From positions 4,118 through 68,117 of the forward strand of contig CAYMPA010000001.1 of assembly GCA_964392105.1 (NCBI GenBank): a stretch of 64,000 nt of DNA, written 5' to 3'. The number at the start of each line of letters is the position of its first letter. The stretch's first letter is position 1. This document shows positions 39,913 through 50,874 of this stretch, piece after piece. The notes beneath the pieces are model-generated. The model saw only the letters and a list, made by a program, of their open reading frames with translations, was not told the origin of the DNA and did no database searches. The stretch comes from an uncultured Enterobacteriaceae bacterium. Lineage in GTDB: Bacteria; Pseudomonadota; Gammaproteobacteria; Eutrophobiales; Eutrophobiaceae. A program made the translations under genes and the position numbers.

Positions 39913-41579
39913 TGGAAACGACACGCTTTATTTTATTAATTGCATTGGGCCTGGTGCTAACCATGATCTGGCAAGCATGGCAAGAAGACTATGGAAAATT
40001 AATTTACCCTCACGCAATTAGTGAAGAACAATCATTAAGTCCGGCAACAAAGGCTATTGATATACCTGTGACACCAGAAGTACCAACAGCCAGTAATAAT
40101 GATGAAACAATTTCTTCTGTTTCAGAGCCGCTGGTAAAAGATCCATCTCTTGATGGAGATATTATTCATATTAAAACCGACATGTTGGATCTTGAGGTCA
40201 ACACGATCGGCGGGACAATCCAGCGACTGTCATTATTAAATTACCCCGTCTCTAAAAAACAAAAAGATGAAAAGGTTGTTTTGTTGAATCATGGGAATGA
40301 TAATTTTTATCTGGTTCAGGGGGGTCTTTTAAGTAAAGCAGATGTTGCAAACCATAAAACGCTATTTGATTCTGAAAAAACCAATTACGAATTAGAAGAC
40401 AAAGATAGTATTTCTGTGCCGTTGTTTTGGGAGTCTGATAAAGGATTAAAAATTATAAAAACATTTACTTTTTATAAAGGACAGTATATCGCAGATATAA
40501 ACTACGAAATAAGAAACACTACAACAGAAAGCTGGACAGGAAGTGTATACGGGCAGATAAACCGTACCGAACCGAAAAAAAATAGCTCACGATTTATTTA
40601 TACATATACCGGTGCAGTTATATCTTCTCCTGAGAAACGTTATAAGAAGATAAAGTTTAGTGATATTCAAGACGAAAAACTGTCTGTAGATATAACAAAC
40701 GGTTGGGCTGCAATGCTTCAGCATTACTTTTTTACTGCATTAATACCCGGCTCAAAAGATGAAAAATATCATTATTATACCTTGAACCCGGATAACAGAA
40801 GTTATGTTATCGGTGCGATATCGCCCTCAAAAGCCATTCCTGCTGGCGCAAGCGAAAATTTAATTCATCGTGTTTACTTTGGACCAAAACTTCAAAAAGA
40901 GATCAAACAATTTGCTGAAGGACTGGATTTAACGGCTGATTATGGAATTTTCTGGTTTCTTGCAGAACCATTGTATTGGGTTATGGATCACATCCATATG
41001 TATACTAATAATTGGGGCTGGTCAATTATTCTAGTAACGCTTTTACTAAAATTATTGTTTTTTAAATTGTCTGCGGCCGGCTACCGTTCTATGGCAAATA
41101 TGCGCAAGGTTCAACCAAGACTTCTTTCCATTAGAGAACGATATAAAGATGACCGCGCACGGCTTAACCAGGCCATGATGGATATCTATAAGGAAGAAAA
41201 AATCAATCCCCTCGGCGGTTGTTTCCCGATTTTGGTTCAAATACCGGTATTTATTTCCTTGTATTGGGTGTTGTTAGAAAGTGTTGAGCTAAGACAGGCA
41301 GACTTTGTTTTATGGATCCATGATCTGTCTATTCCTGATCCCTTTTATGTTTTGCCATTGTTAATGGGCGTGACAATGTTCGTGCAGCAAAAACTGAACC
41401 CTGCACCCATGGATCCTGTTCAGGAAAAAGTCATGTCTGCTTTGCCAGTCGTGTTCACGGTATTTTTTGCTTTTTTCCCTGCCGGCCTGGTTTTATATTG
41501 GGTTGTTAATAACACTCTTTCTATTGCACAACAGTGGGTAATTACCCGTAATCTGGAGCGAGCAAGCTCTCATAAATAA
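39912..41579 (+). CDS. yidC: Membrane protein insertase YidC
   Basis: 555 aa with N-terminal TM, a large periplasmic domain and the conserved C-terminal five-TM core. Confidence 0.93.
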   Translation: METTRFILLIALGLVLTMIWQAWQEDYGKLIYPHAISEEQSLSPATKAIDIPVTPEVPTASNNDETISSVSEPLVKDPSLDGDIIHIKTDMLDLEVNTIGGTIQRLSLLNYPVSKKQKDEKVVLLNHGNDNFYLVQGGLLSKADVANHKTLFDSEKTNYELEDKDSISVPLFWESDKGLKIIKTFTFYKGQYIADINYEIRNTTTESWTGSVYGQINRTEPKKNSSRFIYTYTGAVISSPEKRYKKIKFSDIQDEKLSVDITNGWAAMLQHYFFTALIPGSKDEKYHYYTLNPDNRSYVIGAISPSKAIPAGASENLIHRVYFGPKLQKEIKQFAEGLDLTADYGIFWFLAEPLYWVMDHIHMYTNNWGWSIILVTLLLKLLFFKLSAAGYRSMANMRKVQPRLLSIRERYKDDRARLNQAMMDIYKEEKINPLGGCFPILVQIPVFISLYWVLLESVELRQADFVLWIHDLSIPDPFYVLPLLMGVTMFVQQKLNPAPMDPVQEKVMSALPVVFTVFFAFFPAGLVLYWVVNNTLSIAQQWVITRNLERASSHK

Positions 41580-41600
41580 TTCTGTTGAGCGGTTAACGCT

Positions 41601-42944
41601 ATGCCAGAAAACAATGACACGATAGCAGCTATTGCAACTCCGTCAGGACGAGGAGGCATCGGTGTAATTCGCGTCTCTGGAAAACGCAGCAAAGAAATCT
41701 TCAAAGCACTGACTGGCGGCCCTCCAAAACCACGTCTGGCGCAATATGTTTCCTATAAATCTTCTACTCAGAAAACCATCGATAAAGGCATTGCCCTTTA
41801 TTTTGAAGCACCATCATCGTATACCGGTGAAGATGTTATGGAATGCCACGCACACGGTAGTCGTATCGTATTAGGGATGTTATTGGACGAAATAGTTTCT
41901 TTGGGGGCAAGGGTCGCATCACCGGGAGAGTTTACAGAAAGAGCATTTTTGAATAATAAGATCGACCTGATTCAGGCTGAGGCTGTTGCTGATTTGATAG
42001 ACAGTAATTCGAAGAAAGCAGCACGTAGCGCAATGCAGTCTCTCGAAGGCGTGTTTTCTAACAACATCACGCAACTAAGGGATCAAATATTTAATGCCAG
42101 AACCCTGGTTGAAGCCGCATTGGATTTTCCTGATGAAGAAGATGTTGATATAAGCATTGACCCGGCAATTGGAATTATAAGAGAAAGTCTGGCCATACTT
42201 GATGAATTGTTGATTAAAGCAAAAGCCGGACGCGTCCTGGATCAAAATCCGTCTGTTGTTATTGTTGGTTCACCAAACGCAGGAAAATCAAGCATCATTA
42301 ATTATTTATCTGGTTTTGATTCGGCCATTGTTTCAACATTGCCCGGAACAACACGCGACATTATCAGGGAAAAAGTTTTGCTTGGGGACTACGCAATAAC
42401 ATTAGTTGATACTGCCGGATTACGTGAAACCCATGAAGCAATAGAAAAAGAAGGCGTAGACAGGGCTTATAAAGCACTTGGTCTTGCAGATCTTGTTCTA
42501 TATGTTCTCGACCACAGCCTGAAGCAAACAATAGAACAGGATGCGCTGGATAAATATTTGTCTCCCGGCGCCAGGGCAATTATCGTAAAGAATAAAATTG
42601 ATCTCTGTGAAGAAAGGAAATTTGAGAATATGGACAATGAGGTTTACGTGTCAGCAAAAACAGGCAAAGGCATAGATAAACTAATCGAGAAAATATGTTT
42701 AAATCTTGATATAACAGGGAATGAAGAAGATATGATATTCGCCCGTCAACGACATATTGAAGCATTAGGTTCGGTAAAAAACCATTTGCAACGCGCATTA
42801 TCTGACGTTGATAAAAATGCTGGTTTAGAAATATTAGCTGAATCATTGAGACTAGGTCTGTCGGGGTTTGATGAGATTACAGGCAAGACAACAAGTGATG
42901 ACATTTTAGGCGATGTGTTTTCGCGATTTTGTATTGGCAAATGA
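41601..42944 (+). CDS. mnmE: tRNA modification GTPase MnmE (TrmE)
   Basis: G-domain motifs (GSPNAGKSS, DTAGLR, NKID) and the C-terminal CIGK motif. Confidence 0.93.
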   Translation: MPENNDTIAAIATPSGRGGIGVIRVSGKRSKEIFKALTGGPPKPRLAQYVSYKSSTQKTIDKGIALYFEAPSSYTGEDVMECHAHGSRIVLGMLLDEIVSLGARVASPGEFTERAFLNNKIDLIQAEAVADLIDSNSKKAARSAMQSLEGVFSNNITQLRDQIFNARTLVEAALDFPDEEDVDISIDPAIGIIRESLAILDELLIKAKAGRVLDQNPSVVIVGSPNAGKSSIINYLSGFDSAIVSTLPGTTRDIIREKVLLGDYAITLVDTAGLRETHEAIEKEGVDRAYKALGLADLVLYVLDHSLKQTIEQDALDKYLSPGARAIIVKNKIDLCEERKFENMDNEVYVSAKTGKGIDKLIEKICLNLDITGNEEDMIFARQRHIEALGSVKNHLQRALSDVDKNAGLEILAESLRLGLSGFDEITGKTTSDDILGDVFSRFCIGK

Positions 42945-42957
42945 TTGAAAAGAGGAA

Positions 42958-43365
42958 ATGGATGTGAGTATAAAAATAGAAATTTCCGTTGGCGAGCTGT
43001 TAGACAAGATAACTATCCTTGAAATAAAAACGGAAAGAATCAAAGATGCGAAAAAATTAATAAATATTAACAAGGAACTTGAGGTTTTAAATAGTCATTG
43101 GAGCAAATCATCCTTTACAAATAACAGCCTGGATAATGAGATTAATGCATTAAAAAAAGTAAATGAACAATTATGGGAAATAGAAGACGCAATAAGAGGC
43201 AAAGAAAAAGAGCAGGCGTTTGATAAAGAGTTTGTTGAATTGGCAAGGTCAATTTATTTTGCGAATGATAAACGAGCTAATATTAAACATACAATTAATA
43301 GTAAAACCGGCTCTGACTTGATCGAAGAAAAATCTTACAGTGAATACAGTTCAACTAACTCTTGA
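42958..43365 (+). CDS. Hypothetical coiled-coil protein, first gene of the LPS-core cluster
   Basis: 135 aa, hydrophilic and charged, with no recognisable catalytic motif. It has a tight 13-nt spacing after mnmE. Confidence 0.45.
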   Translation: MDVSIKIEISVGELLDKITILEIKTERIKDAKKLININKELEVLNSHWSKSSFTNNSLDNEINALKKVNEQLWEIEDAIRGKEKEQAFDKEFVELARSIYFANDKRANIKHTINSKTGSDLIEEKSYSEYSSTNS

Positions 43366-43420
43366 TTTTTTTATCATAACAATAATGTTAAAAGGCCATA
43401 ATATATAGCAACACAATCGT

Positions 43421-44329
43421 ATGGCTGTTAAAAACATATTATTTATAGGGCTAAGCTCAGTTGGCGATGTTGTTATGACAACACCAGTATTACAATCCTT
43501 GCATAATAAATACCCAGAAGCATTGTTTGATATTGTTACCGATAATCGATCGGTAGCGTTATACGAAAGTTATCCTTATAAGAATAATATTTATTTGAAA
43601 GACAAGAATAAATTCTTAAGAGGCGTACCTGATCTTTTATTAAGACTATGGAAGAAACGTTATGACATTATTGTTGATTTAAGAACAGACGGCCTTGCTT
43701 ATCTATTAAGAAGTAAAAAAAGATATACCAAATGGTCTGCAAAAAGCTATGGCCCTCATGCAGTCGAAGATTTGTTAGGGGTGATTTCAAGCTTGCATGG
43801 AAATGAGTCAATCCCGCATACACAGGTTTGGTTGTCTGAATCGAACCGTGTCTATGCAAACAAACAAGTTTCAGTTTTTAAAAATAAAGAAAAGCTTTTG
43901 GCTATCTCTGTTGGAGATCCGAATAAGCCAGTTAAAACCTGGCCTACAGATAAGTTTATTGAATTACTTAACCGATACAAAGATGATTTTTCTGGCCTGA
44001 TATTTTTAGGCGGCGCTTCCGAGAAAGCAAACACCCTTAAAGTAGCGGAAAATATTGATATTACATATATTAATGCCACTGGTAATAGTTTATTAGAGTC
44101 TGCCGCCTTGATCGAAAAATCTTGTCTTTACATTGGGCCTGATTCGGGTCTTGGACACATTGCCAGTGCGTTAAAAATCCCCACCATAAGCTTGTTTAGT
44201 CAGGTTAGTCCTGAGCGATTTCGTCCATGGGGTAATAAAGCCGTTTGCTTTCGTGGCGAACATAATGATGCACGTTATATTTCTGTTGATGAGATCAGCA
44301 GCGCAATTAGAGGGCTTCTTGGTGAATGA
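43421..44329 (+). CDS. Glycosyltransferase family 9 (LPS heptosyltransferase-like)
   Basis: GT9 N-terminal motif LFIGLSSVGDVVMTTPVLQSL and a C-terminal nucleotide-sugar binding region. Confidence 0.78.
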   Translation: MAVKNILFIGLSSVGDVVMTTPVLQSLHNKYPEALFDIVTDNRSVALYESYPYKNNIYLKDKNKFLRGVPDLLLRLWKKRYDIIVDLRTDGLAYLLRSKKRYTKWSAKSYGPHAVEDLLGVISSLHGNESIPHTQVWLSESNRVYANKQVSVFKNKEKLLAISVGDPNKPVKTWPTDKFIELLNRYKDDFSGLIFLGGASEKANTLKVAENIDITYINATGNSLLESAALIEKSCLYIGPDSGLGHIASALKIPTISLFSQVSPERFRPWGNKAVCFRGEHNDARYISVDEISSAIRGLLGE

Positions 44330-45269
44330 ATTCCTGCGCATACTGGATCGTTTTCTGAAAAAGCAGGGATACTCGATAAAAAAACATCCAGAATATAATC
44401 TTTTGCCGCTCCAGGATTTCAATAATCTAACCGAACAAAAAAGGGTTTATGAGTCTTTTAATTCAAATGACAAACCCAAACAAGACAATTTAGAGAAACT
44501 GGAAATATGTTTGCGTACTTGTATTAATGATAAACGGGCCAAGGGCAAACGCAATGAACTTACAAATGTAAGCCTGGAAGAGCATCTTTTGACATGTATA
44601 AAATCTCTTTTAATTTCAACCAACGATGCTATAAGCAAGGGCGTTGATATCAATTTTACAGTGTTTGATGATCGATCTGAAGAAAGCCTGGTAAAAAAGA
44701 TAGAAGCACTATGTGGAAAACTAACATGTGAATGGAATATCTTAACTACAGAAAAGCCGGGGCAGGGGCAGTCGCTTCATCAAAACTTTAATTACGCCAG
44801 GAAAGGCGAAGGTCTTTTTTATTTTTGTGAAGATGATTATCTGCATACAAAAAAAGCCATTTTTGAAATGGTGGATTTCTATAAAAAAATACACGCTCAA
44901 ACAGGATCTCACATGTTGTTATACCCGCAAGAGCATGAAATAGTTTTCAAGCAATTTAATTATCCTTCTTATATTCTTTATAGCGACACAAGGCGCTGGC
45001 GAACAATAAGCCATGCCACACATACATTTTTTACTCATTCAGATGTTGTGAGTGAATACTGGGACTATTTTGAAAATACTAAATTTGTGGGTGTAAAGGA
45101 AAAACGCCACATGGGCTCGGAGAAAAAAACGACTGATCAACTGTTTAATCATATACCGGGGTTTTCACCTATTCCAGCAGTTGCAGTTCACTTGCAAACT
45201 GAGCATTGTTTGCCCCCGTTTTTTAATTGGCGTGAAATTTGGGATGGACTAGAGATAAGCGAAACTTAG
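44322..45269 (+). CDS. Hypothetical protein, possible GT-A-fold glycosyltransferase
   Basis: The ORF-track frame has no in-frame ATG until residue ~210 of the reading frame. The probable start is GTG 44322 or TTG 44319, overlapping the upstream stop. It has an acidic EDD (DXD-like) segment FYFCEDDYLH. Confidence 0.4.
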   Translation: MNEFLRILDRFLKKQGYSIKKHPEYNLLPLQDFNNLTEQKRVYESFNSNDKPKQDNLEKLEICLRTCINDKRAKGKRNELTNVSLEEHLLTCIKSLLISTNDAISKGVDINFTVFDDRSEESLVKKIEALCGKLTCEWNILTTEKPGQGQSLHQNFNYARKGEGLFYFCEDDYLHTKKAIFEMVDFYKKIHAQTGSHMLLYPQEHEIVFKQFNYPSYILYSDTRRWRTISHATHTFFTHSDVVSEYWDYFENTKFVGVKEKRHMGSEKKTTDQLFNHIPGFSPIPAVAVHLQTEHCLPPFFNWREIWDGLEISET

Positions 45270-45288
45270 TGCAAGCTTAAATCAGTAG

Positions 45289-46389
45289 TTATATTAGTTT
45301 GGTAAATTCTGCATAGACTTCATCGGCACTGATATTCTTCATGCAGATGTTGTCTGCACAAATTGTTTTAAGGCAAAAACTGCAAGGCAATATTTTCTCT
45401 ATAACAATTGAATCTTTATTGTTTGGGTGCCATTTGTTTGTCAGCTCTCTTGTTGATATAAGAGCAATAATTTTTGTTCCTGCTGCATCACATAAATGCA
45501 TAGCGCCAGTATCCAGACTGATCGCAATAGCGGTCTTTTTTAACACATAAAATAATTCAGGAATTGATAATTTATCACAAACGCTCATCGTGTTTTTTGC
45601 TTTTGAAGTTATGAATTTAGCATCTTTAACATCATCTTTCCCACCGACTATTAAGATTTCATGTTTATTTCCAATAAGGTTTGCAAGGGACACCCAATGA
45701 TCCAAAGGCCATTTTTTCGGTTGCAATTTTCCGCCGATGATAAATGCAATTGGTTTAGGGGTTTCAAGCAAGCTTATAATCGCTTTGTTTTCAGGCTGCA
45801 TGCTATTTATTGGGTAATCGATATTACCGGTTAACCCGGCGTGTTTCATGTTATTGATGAAACGCTCAGTTTCTGTGGGTATGTCGAGATATTTTTTCTG
45901 TAGGCGCATGAATGATTTTATCCGTCCGTGATCCCAGCCAAGGGCGCTCTTGATGCCGAGCATGAAACGAACAAGGAACATATTTCTTATAGATTTGTAC
46001 AAACCCAGGTTTTGAGGAAGCTGTATAAAAAGATCATATTGATTATTTTTAAGTTGTTTAAGCGTCGCCACACGCTCATCTTTATTAACAATAACAAGAT
46101 TATTTACCAGTTTACTGTTCAGTTTCAGGTCCTTAAAAGTAATGCCATTGTTGCAAATAGTTAGCAAGTCTATTTGTGCCTTCGGAAAGTTTTGCCTGAT
46201 TATAGATAGTGCTGGAAGTGCAACAATTGAATCACCAAAGGCACCATCTCGATTAATGAGAATCCTGTAATAATATTTTTTGCTAACAAAAAGGCAGGCA
46301 ATAAAAAGTTTGATTATATGTATGCGAATAGTTTTTATTGAGTTCACATACAACAAAGCAAATCTATCAGGCGCTTTCATTAGGGACAT
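45289..46389 (-). CDS. Glycosyltransferase family 9 (heptosyltransferase-like)
   Basis: GT9 motifs (DGAFGDSIVALPALSII; C-terminal GGKDD...ISLDTGAMHL). Confidence 0.75.
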   Translation of the reverse strand: MSLMKAPDRFALLYVNSIKTIRIHIIKLFIACLFVSKKYYYRILINRDGAFGDSIVALPALSIIRQNFPKAQIDLLTICNNGITFKDLKLNSKLVNNLVIVNKDERVATLKQLKNNQYDLFIQLPQNLGLYKSIRNMFLVRFMLGIKSALGWDHGRIKSFMRLQKKYLDIPTETERFINNMKHAGLTGNIDYPINSMQPENKAIISLLETPKPIAFIIGGKLQPKKWPLDHWVSLANLIGNKHEILIVGGKDDVKDAKFITSKAKNTMSVCDKLSIPELFYVLKKTAIAISLDTGAMHLCDAAGTKIIALISTRELTNKWHPNNKDSIVIEKILPCSFCLKTICADNICMKNISADEVYAEFTKLI

Positions 46390-46410
46390 TGTTTAAGTAG
46401 CTCGATATGA

Positions 46411-47376
46411 TTATGTTGTGTGCCCATCTTTATTAAGACGTTCTATGACAAATTGACATGATATTGTATTTATATTTGCCGGGATAAACTCGCTGTCATT
46501 TAAAGGCAAATCCCCGGTCGCGCTAATTATTCGATGTTGTTGTCCTAATGCGTGTGTGCGCTGCGGATTGGTCGGTCCAAACAAGCCATAAACCGGGATT
46601 CCAGAGCAAGACAATATATGCATTGGCGCAGAATCGTTTGTTATTGCAAAAGAAGCATGCTTACCTAATTCAACGAGTTCAGGCACGGTAAATTGATTTG
46701 TAGCATCTAATCCAAAAGCATCGCTTAATTGTTTATTTAATGCCGCGTCATCGTCAGATCCTATCCATATAATATCTATATTGTAATTTGCCAATGATTT
46801 TGCCAATTCTGCATAATACGGCCAGCGTTTTTGTGTATGAAGGTGGCTTGATCCAGCGTGAATCAAAACAATAGAATTATTTGCCAGATTTTTTGATTTA
46901 AGCCAAGTAGATATTTTATTTACGACAATATCTGAAACGGGTAAATACGGAATTGGCGGTGCAGCATCAATTTCAGCGCTTTCAAGTATTTGATTCAACC
47001 GATCAAAAGAATGACATTCTCCTTCGTACTTTGTCTGTGGGTGTAAGTGATATGGAAAACGTGGATGATTCCCCGCACGTACGGGTATGCCAGAAAGACC
47101 AGATAGTAATGTAGTCCGGTCGTTTGATTGTAAGTCATAAAGCCGGTCAAAATTATTTTGCCTTATCCATTTTACAGTTTTAAAAGTATTAAACACGCCA
47201 GTGCGGTTAACGGCTTTTATATACAGACCTTTCCAGCCAGAAAACAAATTTCCATATATTGGCGTAGTTAAAAGCCATATCTCGTCATTAGCATGATGTT
47301 CTTGCAAACGTTTTATAATGGGCGTGGACATAATAATATCGCCCAGTGCCCCGAGTTTAATGATTAATATTTTCAT
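46411..47376 (-). CDS. Glycosyltransferase family 9 (heptosyltransferase-like)
   Basis: MKILIIKLGALGDIIMSTPIIKRL and a C-terminal GT9 domain. Confidence 0.8.
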   Translation of the reverse strand: MKILIIKLGALGDIIMSTPIIKRLQEHHANDEIWLLTTPIYGNLFSGWKGLYIKAVNRTGVFNTFKTVKWIRQNNFDRLYDLQSNDRTTLLSGLSGIPVRAGNHPRFPYHLHPQTKYEGECHSFDRLNQILESAEIDAAPPIPYLPVSDIVVNKISTWLKSKNLANNSIVLIHAGSSHLHTQKRWPYYAELAKSLANYNIDIIWIGSDDDAALNKQLSDAFGLDATNQFTVPELVELGKHASFAITNDSAPMHILSCSGIPVYGLFGPTNPQRTHALGQQHRIISATGDLPLNDSEFIPANINTISCQFVIERLNKDGHTT

Positions 47377-47415
47377 TAATAATTTTATTAGATCATTAAA
47401 AGGTATTCATATATT

Positions 47416-48690
47416 TCATTCTTTTGAATATAGTTTGATACTAGAAAAATAAACAGCCATTAACCACCAGATCATGCTGGACCATATTGATCCGTAAAAT
47501 GCCATATGCGCGTTAAATGGGAATAAAGCAATAATTACCGGAATAAAAAATGGAAACATGCTCTCTTTGTTCCTGGAGCGTTTGACAATCTGAATAATAA
47601 AATAAAGCGCAATTAAATATCCCAGAAAACCAATCAAGCCTGTTTCGGCCAAGATCTCCAAGATAAGAATATGTGGTTGAGTAGGAATAACATTCACACT
47701 AACAAACCAATCATCCGGAGAAGCGTAGTCTTTATAGGCATAACGAAATCCACGAGGGCCTATACCGTTGACGGGGTTGGATTTAAATATCGTATAGGCC
47801 GTTTCCCAAATAGGTAGTCTAACCGCCGTTGCTCTGTTAATTGTGTCGTAATCATTGCTGAAAAGCCCTAGTGTAACTTTAAATCTGTTATTTGTTGGCG
47901 CGTGTAAAATTATTGTGAAACTAATCAATACAATAACAAGCGCAGCAAGCACACAAGTGATTTTAATAAATTTTGTCCTGTTTATATAATAAATATATCC
48001 ATATATTAAAAAACCAAATGAAGATAATGCGAGCATTATCCACGCAGCACGTCTACCGCTTAGCAGAATAATAAAAAAAAGCGGTATTAAACTGACAAGT
48101 AACCATTTCTTGTTTTCCAGGTTTATATATATATATATAAAGCAAAAAGCAGAAAGAATTGAACATATGTGAGAAATAGTATTTCTCGGGTAAAACATGC
48201 CAGTTATATCACCAGCCTTATACGGATACCCCAACAAATTTTGTCCAATAAAAAATTGAATGGATGCATCTACACACCAGAACGTTACAATAATAAATAC
48301 AGAATAAACAATAAACTTTAATCGATGGTTATCTTTTGATAATTCCTGAATGATAAATAGTCCAGAAAATACAAATCTAAGATAGGGAAAGACGGTTTGA
48401 GCAGCACGTGATTGATTAACGGCATCAGGAAAGGACATTAATAGTGGCAGCCACAAACACAAAAACACGATTATAAATGTTTTTTGTATTTTATCGTTCC
48501 AGGTGTCTTTTGGTGATGATGCGACCCTATATAAACCAATTACGGCCATTAACCCCATCGGATAGTTGTAAAGCGCTTTACTAACGAATCCTATTATTGT
48601 TAGCAAAATTAAAATACAAGACCAGTAGTTTTTTAGCCATGCCGATATTAAATAGATAATTTGTTCAGTTTTATAATTATTTGAAATCAT
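47416..48690 (-). CDS. O-antigen ligase family protein (WaaL-like)
   Basis: 424 aa with about 10-12 TM helices, a large periplasmic loop and a conserved Arg/His-containing loop typical of Wzy_C. Confidence 0.72.
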   Translation of the reverse strand: MISNNYKTEQIIYLISAWLKNYWSCILILLTIIGFVSKALYNYPMGLMAVIGLYRVASSPKDTWNDKIQKTFIIVFLCLWLPLLMSFPDAVNQSRAAQTVFPYLRFVFSGLFIIQELSKDNHRLKFIVYSVFIIVTFWCVDASIQFFIGQNLLGYPYKAGDITGMFYPRNTISHICSILSAFCFIYIYINLENKKWLLVSLIPLFFIILLSGRRAAWIMLALSSFGFLIYGYIYYINRTKFIKITCVLAALVIVLISFTIILHAPTNNRFKVTLGLFSNDYDTINRATAVRLPIWETAYTIFKSNPVNGIGPRGFRYAYKDYASPDDWFVSVNVIPTQPHILILEILAETGLIGFLGYLIALYFIIQIVKRSRNKESMFPFFIPVIIALFPFNAHMAFYGSIWSSMIWWLMAVYFSSIKLYSKE

Positions 48691-48700
48691 ATGGATATAT

Positions 48701-49609
48701 TTAACGGTAACGTTCTACAATAATATTCAAAAGCCCGCTTACATAGCCCACTGTACTTGCAAGCTTGACAATGCTTTTCTCCAGTTTCTTCTGGTTAAGG
48801 GTAAATATAAATAACATGAGATCAATGAAAGCGCCAACAAGCTTCCCAATGGCCTTTATTAAAAAATGAGACCAGGCAGACAAAGTGCTTTTTTTACTTT
48901 TATAATACACAACATTATTAATGGCCCCGGTAAAATGTCGGAAGAATAAATATTTTTTTGTTCTCCTTTCTTTGGGGAGCGTTTCATAAATAATAGCTTC
49001 AGCATTCCACACTTTTGAAAATCCTTTTTTTGTTGCCCGATAAAAAAAATCAAAATCTTCGCCGCCAATAAAATTATAATAGGTATTAAAATATAGTTTG
49101 TCCTTAACGACCAATGCATTTTTAAACATGACATTTCCTGCGGCTATATTTCGTGGGATATAACCCGTAGGGTATTTAATTTCTATCTTTATATTATTTG
49201 TTGGTGTGGTTTCGTGAGTTGGTATTACTGGCCCGGCGACAATATCAACATCGTATTTGTGTATTGCTGTTAGATGGCTTTTAAGCCAATTCGCATGAGG
49301 AAACTCATCATCATCAATAAAGCCGATCAGTTCAGCGCCATGTTTTAATGCTTCTTGAAGCAAACGATTTCTTGCAGTAGCAATTCCCCTTTCAGATTCA
49401 ACGTAATAAGTAACCGGTATTATGGAGTTTTTACTAGTGTCTTCTACAATGCATCGTGCAGTTTCATTTATATCATTATCTACAACAATAATAATAATTT
49501 TATAATTATCAGGCAGGTTAAGTAATTGAATAGCAGATAAACAGTTCTTTAGCAAAGAAGGTCGTTTATATGTCGCTACACAAATAGCAATAATATTGTT
49601 AGTTACCAT
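48701..49609 (-). CDS. Glycosyltransferase family 2
   Basis: GT2 N-terminal motif (IAICVATYKRPSLL) and DxD-type motifs (VVDND..., DDDE). Confidence 0.8.
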   Translation of the reverse strand: MVTNNIIAICVATYKRPSLLKNCLSAIQLLNLPDNYKIIIIVVDNDINETARCIVEDTSKNSIIPVTYYVESERGIATARNRLLQEALKHGAELIGFIDDDEFPHANWLKSHLTAIHKYDVDIVAGPVIPTHETTPTNNIKIEIKYPTGYIPRNIAAGNVMFKNALVVKDKLYFNTYYNFIGGEDFDFFYRATKKGFSKVWNAEAIIYETLPKERRTKKYLFFRHFTGAINNVVYYKSKKSTLSAWSHFLIKAIGKLVGAFIDLMLFIFTLNQKKLEKSIVKLASTVGYVSGLLNIIVERYR

Positions 49610-49617
49610 AAAGTTAT

Positions 49618-50721
49618 TTAATGAAATGAATTATAGATAGATATGGTTTTATCTAGCATATTGCTTAATGTAAAAACATTTCTATCGTGTACTTTAGGCA
49701 TTGATTGATAAAATTGATTTATAAGTGTGATTACACTCTCAGTACAAAGCGGTTTTGCTTTACCTTCAGAAAACATTTCGCCAAGTACTTCTGCGGCCCC
49801 GCCGTGGTCATATGCAATTACAGGCACTCCTAAACTCAACGCCTCCAGGGCCGTTCTTCCGAAAGCTTCAGGGATCCTGGCCAGAGATAGTACTATGTTT
49901 GATATCGACATAATCTCTCTCATATCATTTCGTTGGCCTAGAAATGTAAAATGTTCATTCATATCTTTTGAATTAATTAAATATTTTAATTCTTGTAAAT
50001 ATTTGTCTTTTCCTGGATCTGTGCCACCCGCAATTAAACCATGAGCATTAAGTCCGTAATTTATTGCGTTAGTAATAATTTCAATAAAGTCGTTATGACC
50101 TTTCCAACGGGTAACTCTGGCAGGAAGCGTGATAATAAACTTATCGGATAAACCAGGATGTTGATCATTCCAGTCTTTAAGCCAGCCACCAGATGGTTTG
50201 TAATTATAAGGATAATTCTCTTTGCTAATACCACGATGAATAATATCAATTTTGTTCTCATCTACGTCAGGGTAGTTCTCGAGAATATAATTTTTAATAT
50301 ATTCTGAAATAGCGATGACACGTTCGCCAGAGGTCATGATTTTACTGTAACGATTTACAGTATAAGGCCCATGTACCGTGGTGATAAAAACAGGTCTGTT
50401 TTTTGGATCAAGTTTATTCCAGGCCAAATAGGCCAGCCATGCTGGCATGCGTGATCGTGCGTGAATGATATCAATCTTTTGTTCTTTGAATAGTTTGCGT
50501 AATTCCGGGATTAGTCTGGCGCTTAATATAGATTTTTTTCCTACGGGCAAATCAATATGTTCACTGCCTTCTGCAACCAGTTGCTGTACAAGCCTGCCAG
50601 GACCAGAGACTACGAGTGAACGGTGCTTTCGACGTACAAGTTCCGCAGCAACATCAAGCGTACCTTGTTCAACGCCGCCACAATCCAGCTCAGGTAATAT
50701 TTGTAATACAGTTGGTTTCAA
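49618..50721 (-). CDS. Glycosyltransferase family 4 (WaaG-like)
   Basis: GT4 EX7E region (EAFGRTALEALSLGVPVIAYDHGG). Confidence 0.8.
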   Translation of the reverse strand: MKPTVLQILPELDCGGVEQGTLDVAAELVRRKHRSLVVSGPGRLVQQLVAEGSEHIDLPVGKKSILSARLIPELRKLFKEQKIDIIHARSRMPAWLAYLAWNKLDPKNRPVFITTVHGPYTVNRYSKIMTSGERVIAISEYIKNYILENYPDVDENKIDIIHRGISKENYPYNYKPSGGWLKDWNDQHPGLSDKFIITLPARVTRWKGHNDFIEIITNAINYGLNAHGLIAGGTDPGKDKYLQELKYLINSKDMNEHFTFLGQRNDMREIMSISNIVLSLARIPEAFGRTALEALSLGVPVIAYDHGGAAEVLGEMFSEGKAKPLCTESVITLINQFYQSMPKVHDRNVFTLSNMLDKTISIYNSFH

Positions 50722-50874
50722 AGGTTGTCTCTTGATTGGCCCGGGTTAGTTTATACTGGAAAGGAAAACATATATGCCAGCTTATAATCGTATAGTAACT
50801 TAATATTTAAAGGCTTTCGATATTCATGTGTCCGATTTAATTTGCCTTTTAATAATAAATTATTAGATACAGAT

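Noticed and set aside
44253-44321. Upstream part of track ORF 44253..45269, which overlaps the GT9 gene by 77 nt
   Set aside because: There is no ATG in that stretch. The reading frame simply stays open across the upstream gene's 3' end. The start is probably GTG 44322 or TTG 44319.
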